DNA of 64,000 bases from Phoronis australis (lineage: Eukaryota; Animalia; Phoronida): positions 62,001 through 126,000 of the forward strand of contig NMRA01000277.1 in assembly GCA_002633005.1 (NCBI GenBank), in the 5' to 3' direction. Shown here piece after piece: positions 50,831 to 64,000 of the stretch. A program made the position numbers and the translations under genes. The notes under the pieces were generated by a model. That model had not been told where the DNA came from, did no database searches, and saw only the letters and a program-made list of their open reading frames with translations. Within the stretch, counting starts at the first letter, position 1, and every line of letters starts with the position of its first letter.

Positions 50831-51890
50831 ACAACAGATAGAGACATGACCGGAGATTTCCGTTATTGCACTGCGTCTTTTTTACAAACTAACCCCGATG
50901 CAGTATATGCCGCGTGTGACAAGACAGACGTTCTGCTGTGACCGAGCGGCATCAAAGTCGTATCTAATGGACAATTCCCACTCAAGCATTAATTCCAACC
51001 AATCAGGGAGCGAGAAAATGTTAACACTACAAATGCCCTCCATGTGGATCACGAAAGCAAAAAAAAAGCTTTTCGATGAAATTGGGAAATGGATCTCTAG
51101 CCGTTGTTGTAATAAGTATTTCGGGGACTTCCGTTTGCGCTTGTGGACTTTACAACGATGTTCTTTTCTAAGAGAATTTTAAGGCACTTGACATACTCAT
51201 CTCGGGCGCAACTATGAAGCCAAGGGGAAGTACAGTATAGAAGATTGCATTTCTTACCTCCACTGTGATGATTCACCACTGACTTCACTGCACGCCGTAT
51301 TTCCACTTGGTGCACTTTTTGAGTGTCTCATACTTGGGGCACACTATTCAAGAAGAACGAATAAACATTTTAGCAACCTTGTATTCACAGCTCCGACATT
51401 CAATAAAGTTTGATTGGCTTGTCACCCAAGCGAAAACTCATTGAAAACACACGCGCTAAAGCCAACATGTTATATTGTTCTGTATTAGCTTTGATGAGAC
51501 AGCATAATTTGGTAGGTCGTGTGTGAACTTGGGATATCGGGAGTAAATATACAATTGCGAATTCGTTCAAGCTTGCTAAAGTTAATCGTTAGCATTTATG
51601 GGAATTGTCATTACAAAAAGATATAAAGCATCGAAAAACCACAGGTTTCACCTGATTTCACGTTTAAAAGTTTGTAAACCTGCAAATTACTTAAGGTCTA
51701 GATTGGTTGAGTGACCTTAGCGAGTGTATAAACTTGGATATTTAAAACGTATTTTGAACTATATGAACGGGAGATGCAATGGAGACGACTGCCAACACGT
51801 AAGAGTGCCTCAAAGTTTGACGGGATGGTTTAAATAGTTTATTCCAACATGTGATGGAAAATACATTGCACAAGCTTAACTTTACATATG

Positions 51891-51963
51891 TGTATCTCAA
51901 CCGTAAGGAAAATTACGAATACTGTATATCTCAACGTCATAAGGAAAATTACGAATACTGTAT
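51891..51963. repeat. Short tandem duplication (~37 bp x2)
   Basis: TATCTCAAC..TAAGGAAAATTACGAATACTGTAT occurs twice in tandem. Confidence 0.85.
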
Positions 51964-54900
51964 TGGATGGGTCAGCTTTAAGGTTATATGTAAGCAGGAC
52001 CCTAGGACAATGTCTAATTCTGGCCAGCTTTGGAACATCGTACCGCAGAAATGGCTAATTGGATCACATAAAACTTTCAGACACTATACTTTATATGATA
52101 GAAGCTGTTTTTAACATGTTCCACTTTTGCATGAGGGGCTGTCAAAATTAGGAATTCTATGAGTTTAGAAAACTATAACAGCGTTTTTGAGGTTTTGTCT
52201 TGAGCAATTATATCATACCAAATTAGTTCATGCTCTTGATACTACTGGTTAACAACTGTAAAACTAATCGGCTATTAGAATGATTTATACAAGTTTAGCT
52301 TGTGAAAATGCTGATAAAACAGAGTGCATCAATCAAGGCAAAGCTGGCATTCCGACTTGCCAAGCGAACGAAATCTTGATATTTCTCCATAACTCAGCTG
52401 CTTTTAAAAAAGGTTATGAGTTATGGAAAAATATATTTCCTGTCTAGGACCACAGTATACTCGAGTGTTGGATCGCATAAGGTGTGCACAGCTCATAATA
52501 ATGAAGGTTGATACAATGAGATTGTTCGGGAAGAAAGTGTTTGTCAGTGTTGTAATATGAGAACGTAGCTTTTACTGGAATGTCCTCTCCTCTTGAGGAG
52601 ACATCCACCAGAGACATCTACCGTCAAATGTAAACGTTAGCTTTGAAAGCTGTACACGTATTATTAAGTCCCCAAACTAAGATGTTTAAAAATGTGAAAA
52701 TATAGAGGCAGGAGAGAAAAGACACTTATTGGGTGAACTGTGATTGATTATATTTGCATACCTACAGATGTCCAGTTATTCATTTTCACTTCTTTTCCTT
52801 GTGATGGGGTGGTGGTTTTTACAAGAAATTAAATTAATATGTACAGAGTGCATATATATCGGAAAATCTTATGAGATTTGTGTTATAGCGGTGGCAAAGC
52901 TTGCAAAACACTAGCGTTATTGAACGCACCTCTAGTCTTTAGAGCAGGGTTACCAGAAGACACAACATATTAACCTGAAAAATACCCCGTTTCGTAACGT
53001 GTGCTCCGAGAGTACCGTGCTTAGCTGTGGACGTTTTATAAGGTAGATAGGACGTCTGACTAGAAAGCAGACCAGATGTAGGACTGTCGAAAAAGTCCAG
53101 ATCCGGCTAACTTCGGAACATCAAATCTCAGAAATAATTGACTAAAAATTGGAACAGCAATTTTGAGATTTCACCTTTAACGCTTATATCAAACCAAATG
53201 TGGTCGTGCTACTGATGTTTTTGCAACAAATATACCTTTCTTTTTTGGTAAATTTTATTAGAAAAACATGGTCACGTGACTCAATTGATGGCAGATTGGA
53301 GTAAAGTCAAAACCAAGTTCCACAGGCTTTGTACTTTCAGAAAATATGCATTTTTACTGAGTTAAAATCCATAGCTTTGAAGACATTTGGCTATTACGCA
53401 TACTTGTTGATAAGGTCCTACATAACCGTAATACGTCATTTGAATGTAGGCTTCTCAAACAAAGTAGTCATAGTTGTAGCTTGCTCTCGGATCTGATCAA
53501 CGTTCACATCACATGTGATTTTTATTTAAGACGGTGGATCAGACATCGGGTGTATCTTCTACTCCGACGCCTTTTTGACATTGACGTGAAATTCTTTGTG
53601 ATTCTGTATTCCCAAAAAATACAATGTGAATCATTATGCTTTGTGGCGGAAGCCGAAAACGAGAGAAGTGTCAACAAGGTTAGTTTTTAAATGTATCTAA
53701 AATGCAGTTAAATTACTCCTATCTATCATATTTTTACGTTTAACATTAAAATATCGATCTTGTGTAATCTCCTCTGGTTTCACTATTACGCTATTGTTTC
53801 GCAGGTATCAAAGTTATATGATGAAGCAATGTTTGTATTTGCTATAAGAAACACGTGTAAAAGACACGTGCAAACACGTGTTTGTTCTAAAACAACTCCA
53901 TCACTTTGAAATGTCAATCTGCTATCCCTAATTAAGTTAACACAAACAAGACATCCAACTGATATGTGTATTTGTCACTAGTGAATACGAGTACATTTCC
54001 AAATTAAAATTCTGGCATGAAACTGCTATCATGTTGACTCACGCTACGCTGGCTACGTAACAGACAGTTGATTGAAAAACGCATACTTTTGATTTTTACC
54101 ACATACGGCTACAAAATTGGTCTCAATTTGTTCCTTACTGAGATGGGAAGGAATTTCGAGACTTGCAAGGAAGAGATTGTTCGTTACTCCGTGAGACCAT
54201 GCTTAGCGCGTAGAATGAGACGCCACGATCAGCCTACTTGCAATGCCTGTCTCCCGTTCATTAACGCTAGAACCTCGCTAAAAAGGAAGACTTCGCGAGA
54301 TTACGTGAGATATTGCCGTGTTTTTTTAAATGAGAGCACGTGACTTTGATTGTATTTTAGCTAGGTCATAGCTTACATGTAGGTCCTAGCGTTATTGAAC
54401 GCACGCCTGGTCTCAAGCAATAAAGAACTAACATGTCTTTCGAAGTCCAGAAATCACATCTAATATCACGTTGCAACTAGTTGAGACCAATTTCATAACA
54501 GTAAAAGATCTAAATTAAACGTTTTGCGATGGCTGATGGTCGCTTGAACAAAAAAAAACGATTATTGCGATAATATGATATTCGAATTTTTCACAATTAT
54601 TTGAGGAGTAAGTGCACGGAGTTCCCTACTCGCACACGAAAGGTAGAACGGAAATCTTTTAAAATCCTTTCCACATGTTTTAAAATAATGTCAATATCCA
54701 CACTCACTTCTTGATGTTTGAAACACACCCGCATTATGATCAGAGTTAAAACGACGGCACGGAAAAGGTCTGATGCTCGCCACAGGCGACAATTTCGCAC
54801 TGAGTAAATTGTCTCCTGAAGAGGTTTGCTCAGCAGGTATAACTCTAAGATTCTGATCAGTCATGAGTTCCCTGCGAGATGTCGTCGTGTATTACGAGCA

Positions 54901-57900
54901 TAGCACGTGATCGCATTAGCGTTTACTTTCGAGTGTTCAGTGGGAACGGTTCGTTATTCGATGAAATTACTGCATAAAACCAATGAATCAACGAAAAACT
55001 CAATTGGTAGGAATTAGATCTTTTCTCATAAAAAGACATGGTCACGTGACTTGACAGACTTTGATGAAGAAACTTGGTACACTGTACCTCATAGACAGGT
55101 CTGGCTAATTTTCTAAAAAAGTTATAGAATTCAACATAGTAAAAGTATATATTTTCTAAAAGAATAAAGCTCATGAAATTTCATTTTTGACTTTGATGCC
55201 AGTCTGTTAAAAAACATTAAGCTAGAAAAAAAAAGTGATTTGATAGCAAAACAACGGCATCATGACTTTTTACATTTTAAGTGAAATTCGCTGTCACAGA
55301 TTTTTATGTACAGTTTCGTATTTACGTCAGCAACTTTTGAGTTTGTTCTTTAAAAACATCACCAATTTTAAAGAACTTATCAACTTTACAACTCAAAATT
55401 GCTTCCGCATGGTATGTGGGTGAATATCAAACAACGAGATTTTCTAAAACTCAATAAACAAGTGAACACGGTCCATTTTCAGCCAACATTATGCTGCCAA
55501 TGTACACAGTCATTTCGGATGACCTCAAACACTTTAAAATCCGGTAAACATTTAATTTAAACACTAGTTTTCCAGTCTAATAGTTGTGGCCCTCCATCTG
55601 GTATGAAGACAAATGGCGCGAAAGTTTTACTCGGTCTCGACACGTGTAATTTCTAGCGTCATTGTTCATCTCATTCCAAATGAACACAAAAACTCCCTCT
55701 AGTTCTTGAATCCTGACAACGGAAGGATTAGAGTGGCATTAAAGGATTGTCATAGGACAGTTATCAAGTAGCGTTGTATTATGACTAGGAGAGAAGTTAA
55801 TTCCCTTTCTATGACCAACCCAAATACATTTTGTTTTCTCGATAATATGGTTTCGGTTTCATGCAAGAAAATTTTGCAAATTGTTCATTTTAATTCAAAG
55901 GACGATTTGAGAGACTAATTCAGAACCTTCCAAAGTTAAACTTGTGTCGTCGACGTGCTCAAAAACACACCTAACTTATCATCGGTGATACCACCATCCT
56001 GTAGAACTAAATTACCTAATATGTTGACGTTTTATAAAAAAGTAAGGAGAAACGGGGTATTCTTGGCGACAGCCTCGCCAAATTTCAAAAGACAAAGAAA
56101 AATGACGTCACTGCTTTCTCCCATGCTACTGATTGGTATTTGAATAACATCTGTTCGAAAACATTTTTTGTTTAATTAGTAAAGACTTGTTGAAAGTTTT
56201 ACATGTATTTCACGCAAAGCATGCTTTTAAAGTCAAATTTACCCTTGGCGGTTCACTTCCATGCGCCCGGCATCCGCCCCAGTCGCAAAGTGAGACATAC
56301 GTATTTGCGTTTTTCGTTCAACTTACTGAAATGTTGTGTAAAGAGATCCTTCATGGTGATTTTCATTGTTAAACAACGTGTTCTTACCGTAGTTCTTTTA
56401 GACATCAATGATCGCAATACAGAAACTCAGCGTCAGCTAAGTGCAGTAGGTGCCAAGCGATGCATTCATAGTTGTTTCCTTTTCCAATTGTCAGAGGAAA
56501 ATCCTCTGCACGTATCTCGTATTAACATATGAATAAGAAGACTGTACTGGGTTCTCCATCAGGTAAATATTAAGAGATACATGGAGTTTTTGATGACCAA
56601 TACGCGCTCAAATTCTGAAATCTGAATAAACGCATAGAAATGTATAGCAAAGTTTTTTCAAAATTATTTAACAAATGTGCGTTATCTCATACATTACGCA
56701 GATATCGCATAAGGTAGAATAAACAGTTTCATACAACTCAAAATCGCGTTAACAAATATGCAAAAACGCCGAGTATCGTACATCGTGACCGACGACAGAA
56801 AGTACTTTGAAGTCGATTTGTAATACGACCTGACGGAAAGTAATAGCAAGATTTCAATTTAACTGTGGACTTTCGTGAAGATAACTTGACACTTCGTCGA
56901 ATTCATGCTGACCCGTAACTTCACAAACGTCGCAAACGTGAACGAATAGTTGATGCAGTAGTACATTTCAACCGTATATGAGTCTTCAAAACAATATGAA
57001 CAGTTTGCAAAATGTGCATGCCTTCTTTCCAGCGTCATTATCAGTTTGTTACTCGATCACTCGACAGTGTCATCGACATATCTAATTTGTGAAAAACTAA
57101 CGAGAAACAATCACAGTTCACAGCAATTGCACGGAAGAAGGTAACCGGAACGACTCACGCCCGTAACGACGAGAGTAAATGTTATGGAGGACAGTTTTTA
57201 ACACGAGCACGCCTAGATTAACGCGCAAACGAGTCATTCCCACACGCGTTAATAAGTTGAATCCTTGGAGTTCCATATGTTATTGGGTTGACCATTGCGG
57301 GACTTATCTCCACGTGTTTATGAGCGGCATGATAAGTTTTGCAAGTGGCTGGTCTGTTGTGAAGGACGTTTCGTCTTAAACGGACGAGTAACAATGCAAG
57401 TGTGTGTGTGCAAGAAGAGATGTTATTGCATTATTCAGATATAACCGTTCCAATATTATCTCAAACCAACAATTAAAAGATCCTTCATGCCGCATGTATT
57501 CAATTACAGGTATTTCATTCAAATGGAAACATGCCGTCTGGTCTAAAGCAGCATGAATAACCCGTTCCTGAAAATGTGACCGTGATGTGTCCGTAGGCCT
57601 ACACGTACTAAATGAATATGTTTGGTGCCCATGGTCGACTCTAATACATTTACTTGGATTTCGTGTTGTGAGTTATGGTAAGTCAGCGTTCTCAATAGCC
57701 AGGTTATCACCTCAAAAACTACTGTAAGCAAGTGATTGCTACGATGTTGTCATAAGATTCTCAACGCTCTAGTAAGCATTCCATACGGGGAGAGACTGCA
57801 CCAGTTATAGGTCGGAGGAAATACATGTACGTCTCTTAATCTACGGCGTGATGTCGGTTCGACAAGTCACGCAACACAACGCTTACATGTAACTCGGCAA

Positions 57901-57999
57901 AATTGCTACAAGAAACCCCTGCTTACATAACTCACATTCTATTATTGTACATGCACACGCTGTAGAGGGTGGTGCAAAAAGTAGAAACAACCTACTTTA

Positions 58000-58800
58000 A
58001 AATGCCTTGATCACATAATGGGCGATGCTCTGCCGATCCTGCCTACAGAGTTCTACCTTGACGGTTACAATGATCGGGCGATCTTTCATCGGATTAGTAG
58101 CCGGTCCGATGAATTTCAGATCTATTAACAATATTATATCTGTAAACAGTCAGACAGTTGCCGGTAGGGTGCGTCGCCCGGATATCAGGGCCAGAAATCA
58201 CCAACCACACTTTTAAGCTAAAGTAAAAATGATTCCGCCGCTCCGCCAATTTCCCAATCCCACACTAAAAGGCGATATTGTTCGATATCCGCCGGCAATC
58301 GTCCGATGCCCGGGATACAGCCGCGGCTGATAACCGGCAAAAGTATTGACATTGGAGTAGCCCCCCCCCCTTCCTTTACATCTTTTTAATGTGGTCGCTA
58401 TTCTCAATCCGAGAACCAAATCGCGGAATCGACTACGCATCACCAGATATGTGGTCTTCAAAAATAAACGCCACCAGCATGTCGTTTGTGAGCGGACACA
58501 TTTCTTTGAAAATATCGGTTAGCCCGTATTAGGGCAGCGCGTGATGCGGTAACGACGCCAGAGCATCGGCAGACCGTCGGTTCATCGTCGGCCCATAGAT
58601 CAAACACAACTCCTCATCATCTGCCGACGCATGATCTACAATTTAAACTGGATCACATAAAACGAAAATCAGCTGGGTGCCGGAAAAAAATAACTTTGCC
58701 GGTGACGCATCGGTTCGGGATTTTTAACCTTGACGCCCGGTGGACGTTCCTGATAATCTTCTCATAAGCGCCCGACGTTCGTCTGATATGACCATCTACT
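58000..58800. repeat. CpG/CCGG-rich segment, probably an old non-autonomous DNA transposon
   Basis: Dense CCGG/CCGAT/ATCGG words in both orientations and no credible ORF. Termini not identified. Confidence 0.3.
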
Positions 58801-59076
58801 AAAAAGTTTTCACTTATGAACGCTTGTCTGCCGTCTGATTTGCATTTTTATCAACCCAAAACCATACCAGTCTTCCTACCGTGAGAAGTCTACATTCGGT
58901 GATATAATGCGTTAAGGCTCTGCCCGCCCGTGATTGGCCTGAATATTGGTAGTTTTGATGCAATGCTAATTACTCGTAAGACCTCTGATGGGTCGCCTTT
59001 GTGAACGTTTAGTTTACCCGTCTGATCTGACTTCTGATCAGACGTCTTAACTCCAAACTTAAAATCCTTGAGGTTT

Positions 59077-59748
59077 CAGTGGCGGATCTAGGATATCGTA
59101 AGGGGGAAACATTTTGTCTCGTAAACAATCGATCAAAGCGTAGCGCCGAATGTCGGAGGTCGATAGGGGGTTTCCTCCCTTCCGCCGAGGGGAAAATTTT
59201 GTTTTTGTCACTGAAAGCAAGCATTTCTTTGCTTTCTGAAGTGTAATTAGCTCTCAACGGCTCTGCTTTGGCCTGGTCGCTATTTGAGACTAGCGCGGCA
59301 AATTTCCACGACTCATATCGCATTCGGGAATCCGACGTCGTCGCACGGCAAATTTTCAACTCGTCAAGTTGCCACTAAAAGCGCCGTTGATTCTAGACTT
59401 TCACTTGCTCTCCATCTTACCAGCAGCTTCTGCTTTTTCATCATCACTCACCTTCCGGTTTCTTTGAGAAAATGAAGTAATTTTCTTCATTGCACAGTGG
59501 AGCAGACGACGGAAACGCAGTGGAAGTGCGCAGTGTCATGCACTGCCGGTCGCGTATATCGACCGGGAGCGGCTTACTTAGCCATAGCTACCGTTACGAT
59601 TGCGCCGATTGTCTGAATCTGACATATGCACACACAAACTAAAACTCTGACTGCACACATTGTCAAATCTACTTTCGGCGCGTATAGTGTTAATTACCAA
59701 TGTTAAATAATAAACTCAATATTTCCTTACGCTTTTGCTGTTATATTT
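59077..59748 (-). mobile_element. Second, inverted and truncated copy of the 23519-24305 hAT-like element
   Basis: Starts CAGTGGCGGATCTAGGATATC; 59410-59748 is the reverse-complement homologue of about 23575-23912. The other TIR is absent. Confidence 0.8.
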
Positions 59749-61329
59749 TGTACGGAGTAAGTCTTGCGCTTCGAGAGAATGAAATACATTATGGTTAGAC
59801 CTGCTATGAGAAGCTCTTCAACACGCTCCAAGAGTTAATCATGTACTTCAAGATTGCTTGTTCAAATCAGCGAAATCCAATGAAATGAGAGCACGTCACT
59901 AAACGCAATATACACGTAGTTTCGAAACATCCTTTCTTAATTTCGCAGTCAAAGGCTGCGGCCGGCAGGATGTCAAATATACATTAGATCATTACGCGAA
60001 ACCATCAACTGTCCATAAAGTAAATTTTCCAGTTGACAGATTTAAATTATTGTCCACCTAATTCAATTACTAGTTCTAAATGTCTGCTTTATTGAATATT
60101 TCGTTGGATAAGTAAGACAAAAGACATGACCCTGGACTCGCGATTGTGTGATCATAAATTACTATGATTATGAAATCTACATGTGTATTGGGCGCACATA
60201 CAGCATGTTGACGTTATTATAGCGACAAGGCACAAGTGTCCTTCACCATCAACATTAGCATAACTAAAATGAGTGTTATTGATAATTATCAGCCGTTGGA
60301 AAAGCTTGTTGTTGTTGTAGCAACCCTACGTTCTCTGACATCCAAATATTTCGTTGCCAATGACGTTTGTAGCAATTGGCAGCAATTTCACTACCTGTAC
60401 ATTGTATGATTCATTCGCTGTATCACTAAAGTCTCTACAACGTCCTACGTTTTTGCAAGCAGACGAGAGATTTTGATAAAAATCATCTATCGTTGACAGA
60501 GATAACTTAAGTCGTGCATTAAGCGAAACATAAATTTGACGAATTTCATGAAACAACCAATATATCCCCTTTCGCTGTAGTAGCTGACTTTGTAACGAGT
60601 GGAGATGAATTACGTCGAGTACGGTTGTTTTAGTTTGAGGAAATAATCATGTACAATGGCAACAAAGATCAATTTGGCATTGGTTCCCAGATTGGCGGTA
60701 TATGAGGAAGTACTGCGGACCCGTTCAAAAATAATAGTTCTGGCTAGAGAAAGCAAGTGAGAACGCGTGTATCGCTGAAAATACATTGCGATATCTCGCG
60801 GGGACTTGCATGATCTCGCCAAACTCACTTACAGATGTTAACTTTGCTGGGCGCCTTTACTTCACTAGCCTGTTGCCTGGTTATCTGGAGAACTCACTTC
60901 CATTTTTAGTCATAATTTCGGATAGCGGAACATAAAGATCTCGCAAAATTACGCGACTAGAAGGCGAGTGCTCAGCGAGCATGATCGGAAGCTTCTTATG
61001 CTAAACGGCGGCCACTGAAGTGGTTTGATAGGAAGGCTGGGAGGTTGAATTGAAGTCACTGTTCCTGTTCCATATCGAAGATTTTTTCGCTCCAGGTGCA
61101 AGTTGTACCGTCTTGCTTCTATGTAACGAAACCCAGACTTACGCCCTTGCAAGTAATCAGTTACAACTTAGGTGACTATTCAAGTTGGTGCAGTTTCCTT
61201 TATTTGAAAACGTGGGTGCAGCTGGAGAATGTCACGTGGGAGCCTTGATCTAATCTCACAAATGAAGTTAGGTTTCAAAAAACATAACCTCATTTGTGAG
61301 ACTTTTGAGCAAATTAAAATGCTTTGCCA

Positions 61330-61505
61330 AAAAATGGAGCGAGCGTGGTTGCGAGAGGGTTTCCCTCCTCCCGTGTAAAAATTTTTGGGATTTTTAGTAG
61401 CTAATTTCGTTTTTCTGGCGATTTTTTTTTTCCAGTTTTTATTTTTGATCCTGTCCCGAGGGGGGGGTTTAAACCCCCTGAACCCCCCATGTAGATCCGC
61501 CTCTG
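61330..61505. mobile_element. hAT-like MITE end fragment
   Basis: Ends CCCCCTGAACCCCCCATGTAGATCCGCCTCTG, the same terminal family as 24305 and 59077. Confidence 0.55.
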
Positions 61506-62469
61506 GACTCTAAGTAATGACGCTCCGTTTTAATAACAACACTAGCGAACGCCAGAGCCAAGTGTGACTCAGTGTTGCGTCTTACAGTGAAATGCGGACA
61601 AATTTTTAAGTTACGCCGCAAATTGATTGAACTGGGTGGGCCTGTTTCATTAAACCTGACTAAAGGTCAAAGTCATCAATTTTGTAATACTGAATAATTA
61701 ATTTTAGTTTGACACATAATTGTTAGTTCATCGCAGTTAAGCAATAACTCATGTATGGGATTACATAGCTATGTATTGGTTTCAAAATCATGGACTTGCT
61801 GAAGTGCATTACCATTTGGAAACAACTGAACACAAAATGTCTGACTTGGTCTGGAGTCACTTTTCAGGTGGGCCATGTATTGTGCACACACAAAGATGGA
61901 TTTTTACATTTCTTGTACGACAAGAGGCCATACTTGAACTTACAGAAGACTGGGTGCCCGCTCCCACCGCCGTTGACAGGGCTTGCAAAAACGTTTAATC
62001 TCCTTCAACTTGTACTTGGGCACCCCTTGCGGAATACTAGATCCGTTCGTTGTAGACGGGATTTTTTCTTGCGCTTCACCTGCTTACAACAGTTATTGTT
62101 TATAAACTATTGAACTAAAATGTGTGTTCACACACAAACAATAGTCCAAAAGACGTTGACAAGCCATCGATATTCTTATTAAATCCACTAATTAAGGAGG
62201 CCAATAATTGCTGGTTGTTTGTTCTTTTGTAATGTTAAGATTTATGATCAATACCGAGGAACTTTTCTTTTCAGACGAAGCTATTTGAATGAAAAGTTAA
62301 AGCTGTACACCATCCCTCTCCCTTCGGTTTTTAGGAAATTCTATTTTTCCCAAAAATGGACTACAAGGAATGCCGTTGATCTTTGTACTAGCTCTTGGGA
62401 ATTGTCATTTAGTTTATTCTTAAATTTTGCGGATCGATTTTTATATTCGTGTTTTGAAATTTGATCGAA

Positions 62470-63110
62470 TTAATCTCCTACTTATCGCTCGTGACATTTT
62501 CTGTTGGGGTTGATCGTCTGGTTCCCACGCATCATTCAATGACCTAAATCACCCAGGTGATGTTATTTCAAACGACTGGTAAAAATGCGCAAACGAAGTT
62601 GTAACTAACCGTAACGGTTTTTTGAAGATAGACCTGCCATTGACGTTGGAGTTGGTAATTTGCAGAAAAATAACGAATGCATGCGGAGGCAAACGGAACT
62701 TTCGTTGAGTGGTACGAGAAAAAAGACGGTGTGCTGAGTAGGAGTGATGTACGATCTCAAACGACTATTTTCACTGATAGCTTCTCGGAATTTTCTGCTT
62801 TCCAAACCACACCTAACCATTCAAACTCATTGACATTTTCAAGTGAACTTAATGAAGCGTGACAACTTTACTCGTTCGACCGAAATATTCCTTGATATGA
62901 TAAACTTCGACTTATCATGATTTCATACTTTAGAGGTGAAATCTCTCGCTCTGTGATCTCCGTAATTGGCGCAAAAGTCGCTTCTAGAATTATCATCGTT
63001 AACGAATTTTTCGTTTTGTAATCCTTGGATGTGCTGGTTCATAAAACATTGAATAAGTACTGCTAAAAGCAAATATTGCAGAATTCGTATGATTGACAGC
63101 TTAGTTGAGT
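62470..63110 (-). mobile_element. Decayed LINE reverse-transcriptase relic
   Basis: YLLLAVLI..QGLQN (cf. LL.ADD..GLQ), SDFCANYG, NHDKSKF (cf. N..KTK), LENVNEFEWLGVV (cf. V..F.YLGV), VGTRRSTP. Confidence 0.55.
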
Positions 63111-63691
63111 AGGCAATCAATCGACACGTGCTCGGATTTTACTCAGTAAATAAAAACCGTGGTGCCAGCACTTTGCAATTGAGGCCGGTCTGGAGCTAAA
63201 TTTCAGAAAACCGAACTGATGGATTCTAGTCTATCAAGTTGGAACATGTCTCAAAATGTCGATTTAAAAATCACTTATTTTCCAGAATTATATTGACATT
63301 GTTATGCATAAGTAAACTTCATTTGTTGTTTCACCATAGAATACAGTGCATGTAAACAAACGAAGTGTTGAGTGGCAGTTGCACCAAATTTTAGTTTAGG
63401 CAAATTTACAATATATTTAATTATTTCCTTGCAGCTCGTACTCTGGGTACAGAGGCAATCACGCGTGAAAGGTGACGATGCTAGCTGGCATAGACCTTAT
63501 AACATGGAGTTAAACCTCATAAATGTGTGAACGAACTATTTTACAATTCACACGTCTCAGCTTTTATTGACGCTGTAAAAATGCCAATACACAGTTTAAC
63601 CCAAATACAGAAGCCACAAAGTGTTATTTGCTTTGCACTACTTCTTCTGGGTGTTTCCGGAGTCGCACCTTCAAAACAGCTAACCAGCCCG

Positions 63692-63746
63692 AAAAACAAG
63701 AACCCCGACCTTTAAAACAAGAACCCCAATCTTAAAACAAGAACCC
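63692..63746. repeat. ~21-bp unit x3 (AAAACAAGAACCC core)
   Basis: Direct observation. Confidence 0.85.
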
Positions 63747-64000
63747 AGGGGATCGGACAGGAAACCCGAACAACTTTTTGCGTTTTCCGAGACGATGTCA
63801 ATAACCTCAAACTTTGAGTTAAAACATCTTCAAGTTCTTTCCGGTTGTTCTCTGCATTTGACTGTGAAAATTTCCAGTGATAAAACTTATCTTTTATGAT
63901 ATTGATTTTGTTATTTGATTTTTATTGGTAAAACTCGTGCAACTTGTCGTCGGGGCGAATTTGAAAATAATCTTAAGTCTCAACACAACTTGTTATCTTG

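Noticed and set aside
20364-50941. Similar peptides (W..LEL.RP.FSS..SAK.V.CH) in the ORFs at 20364 and 50702 as paralogous exons
   Set aside because: Codon comparison shows mostly non-synonymous changes; the similarity is that of a non-coding repeat end.
23519-59748. 35-kb giant transposon bounded by inverted repeats
   Set aside because: The left copy is already a complete element with its own TIRs and TSD, and the two copies are clearly diverged.
61771-62113. Overlapping 75/107-aa ORFs as a host exon
   Set aside because: No recognisable domain or partner exons; the length is compatible with chance.
63692-63746. CRISPR-like array
   Set aside because: Only three 13-14-bp cores with 6-7-bp spacers, eukaryotic context and no cas genes.

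Overview
This is AT-rich eukaryotic genomic DNA, probably from a marine invertebrate (inferred from the repeat types). It has a 282-N gap and three single-N joins. I found no intact host protein-coding gene, rRNA, true tRNA or CRISPR array, and most supplied ORFs look spurious. The window is mainly decayed transposons: (1) the right part of an internally deleted Kolobok DNA transposon at 1-1191, where the transposase N-terminus on + is fused to a KolX/P2X7-ballast-like Cys-rich ORF on -, ending CCT|TTAA; (2) a decayed Ty3/Gypsy LTR retrotransposon at about 32870-36789; (3) two divergent Penelope GIY-YIG fragments with a decayed hammerhead-like motif at about 16560-17320; (4) several heavily decayed non-LTR (CR1/L2-like) relics; (5) a hAT-like non-autonomous element with a 5-bp TSD at 23519-24305 and an inverted second copy at 59077; (6) MITEs, tRNA-derived SINEs, microsatellites and a 554-bp tandem duplication that is probably an assembly artefact. 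The most interesting signals are the Kolobok fusion, an excess of TACATGTA (a Tc1/mariner excision-footprint sequence, one copy inserted in the Gypsy RT motif), the Penelope junction and a possible 5'-inverted LINE. I could not support a wholly new biological system. All family assignments come from motif recognition by eye, not from database searches.
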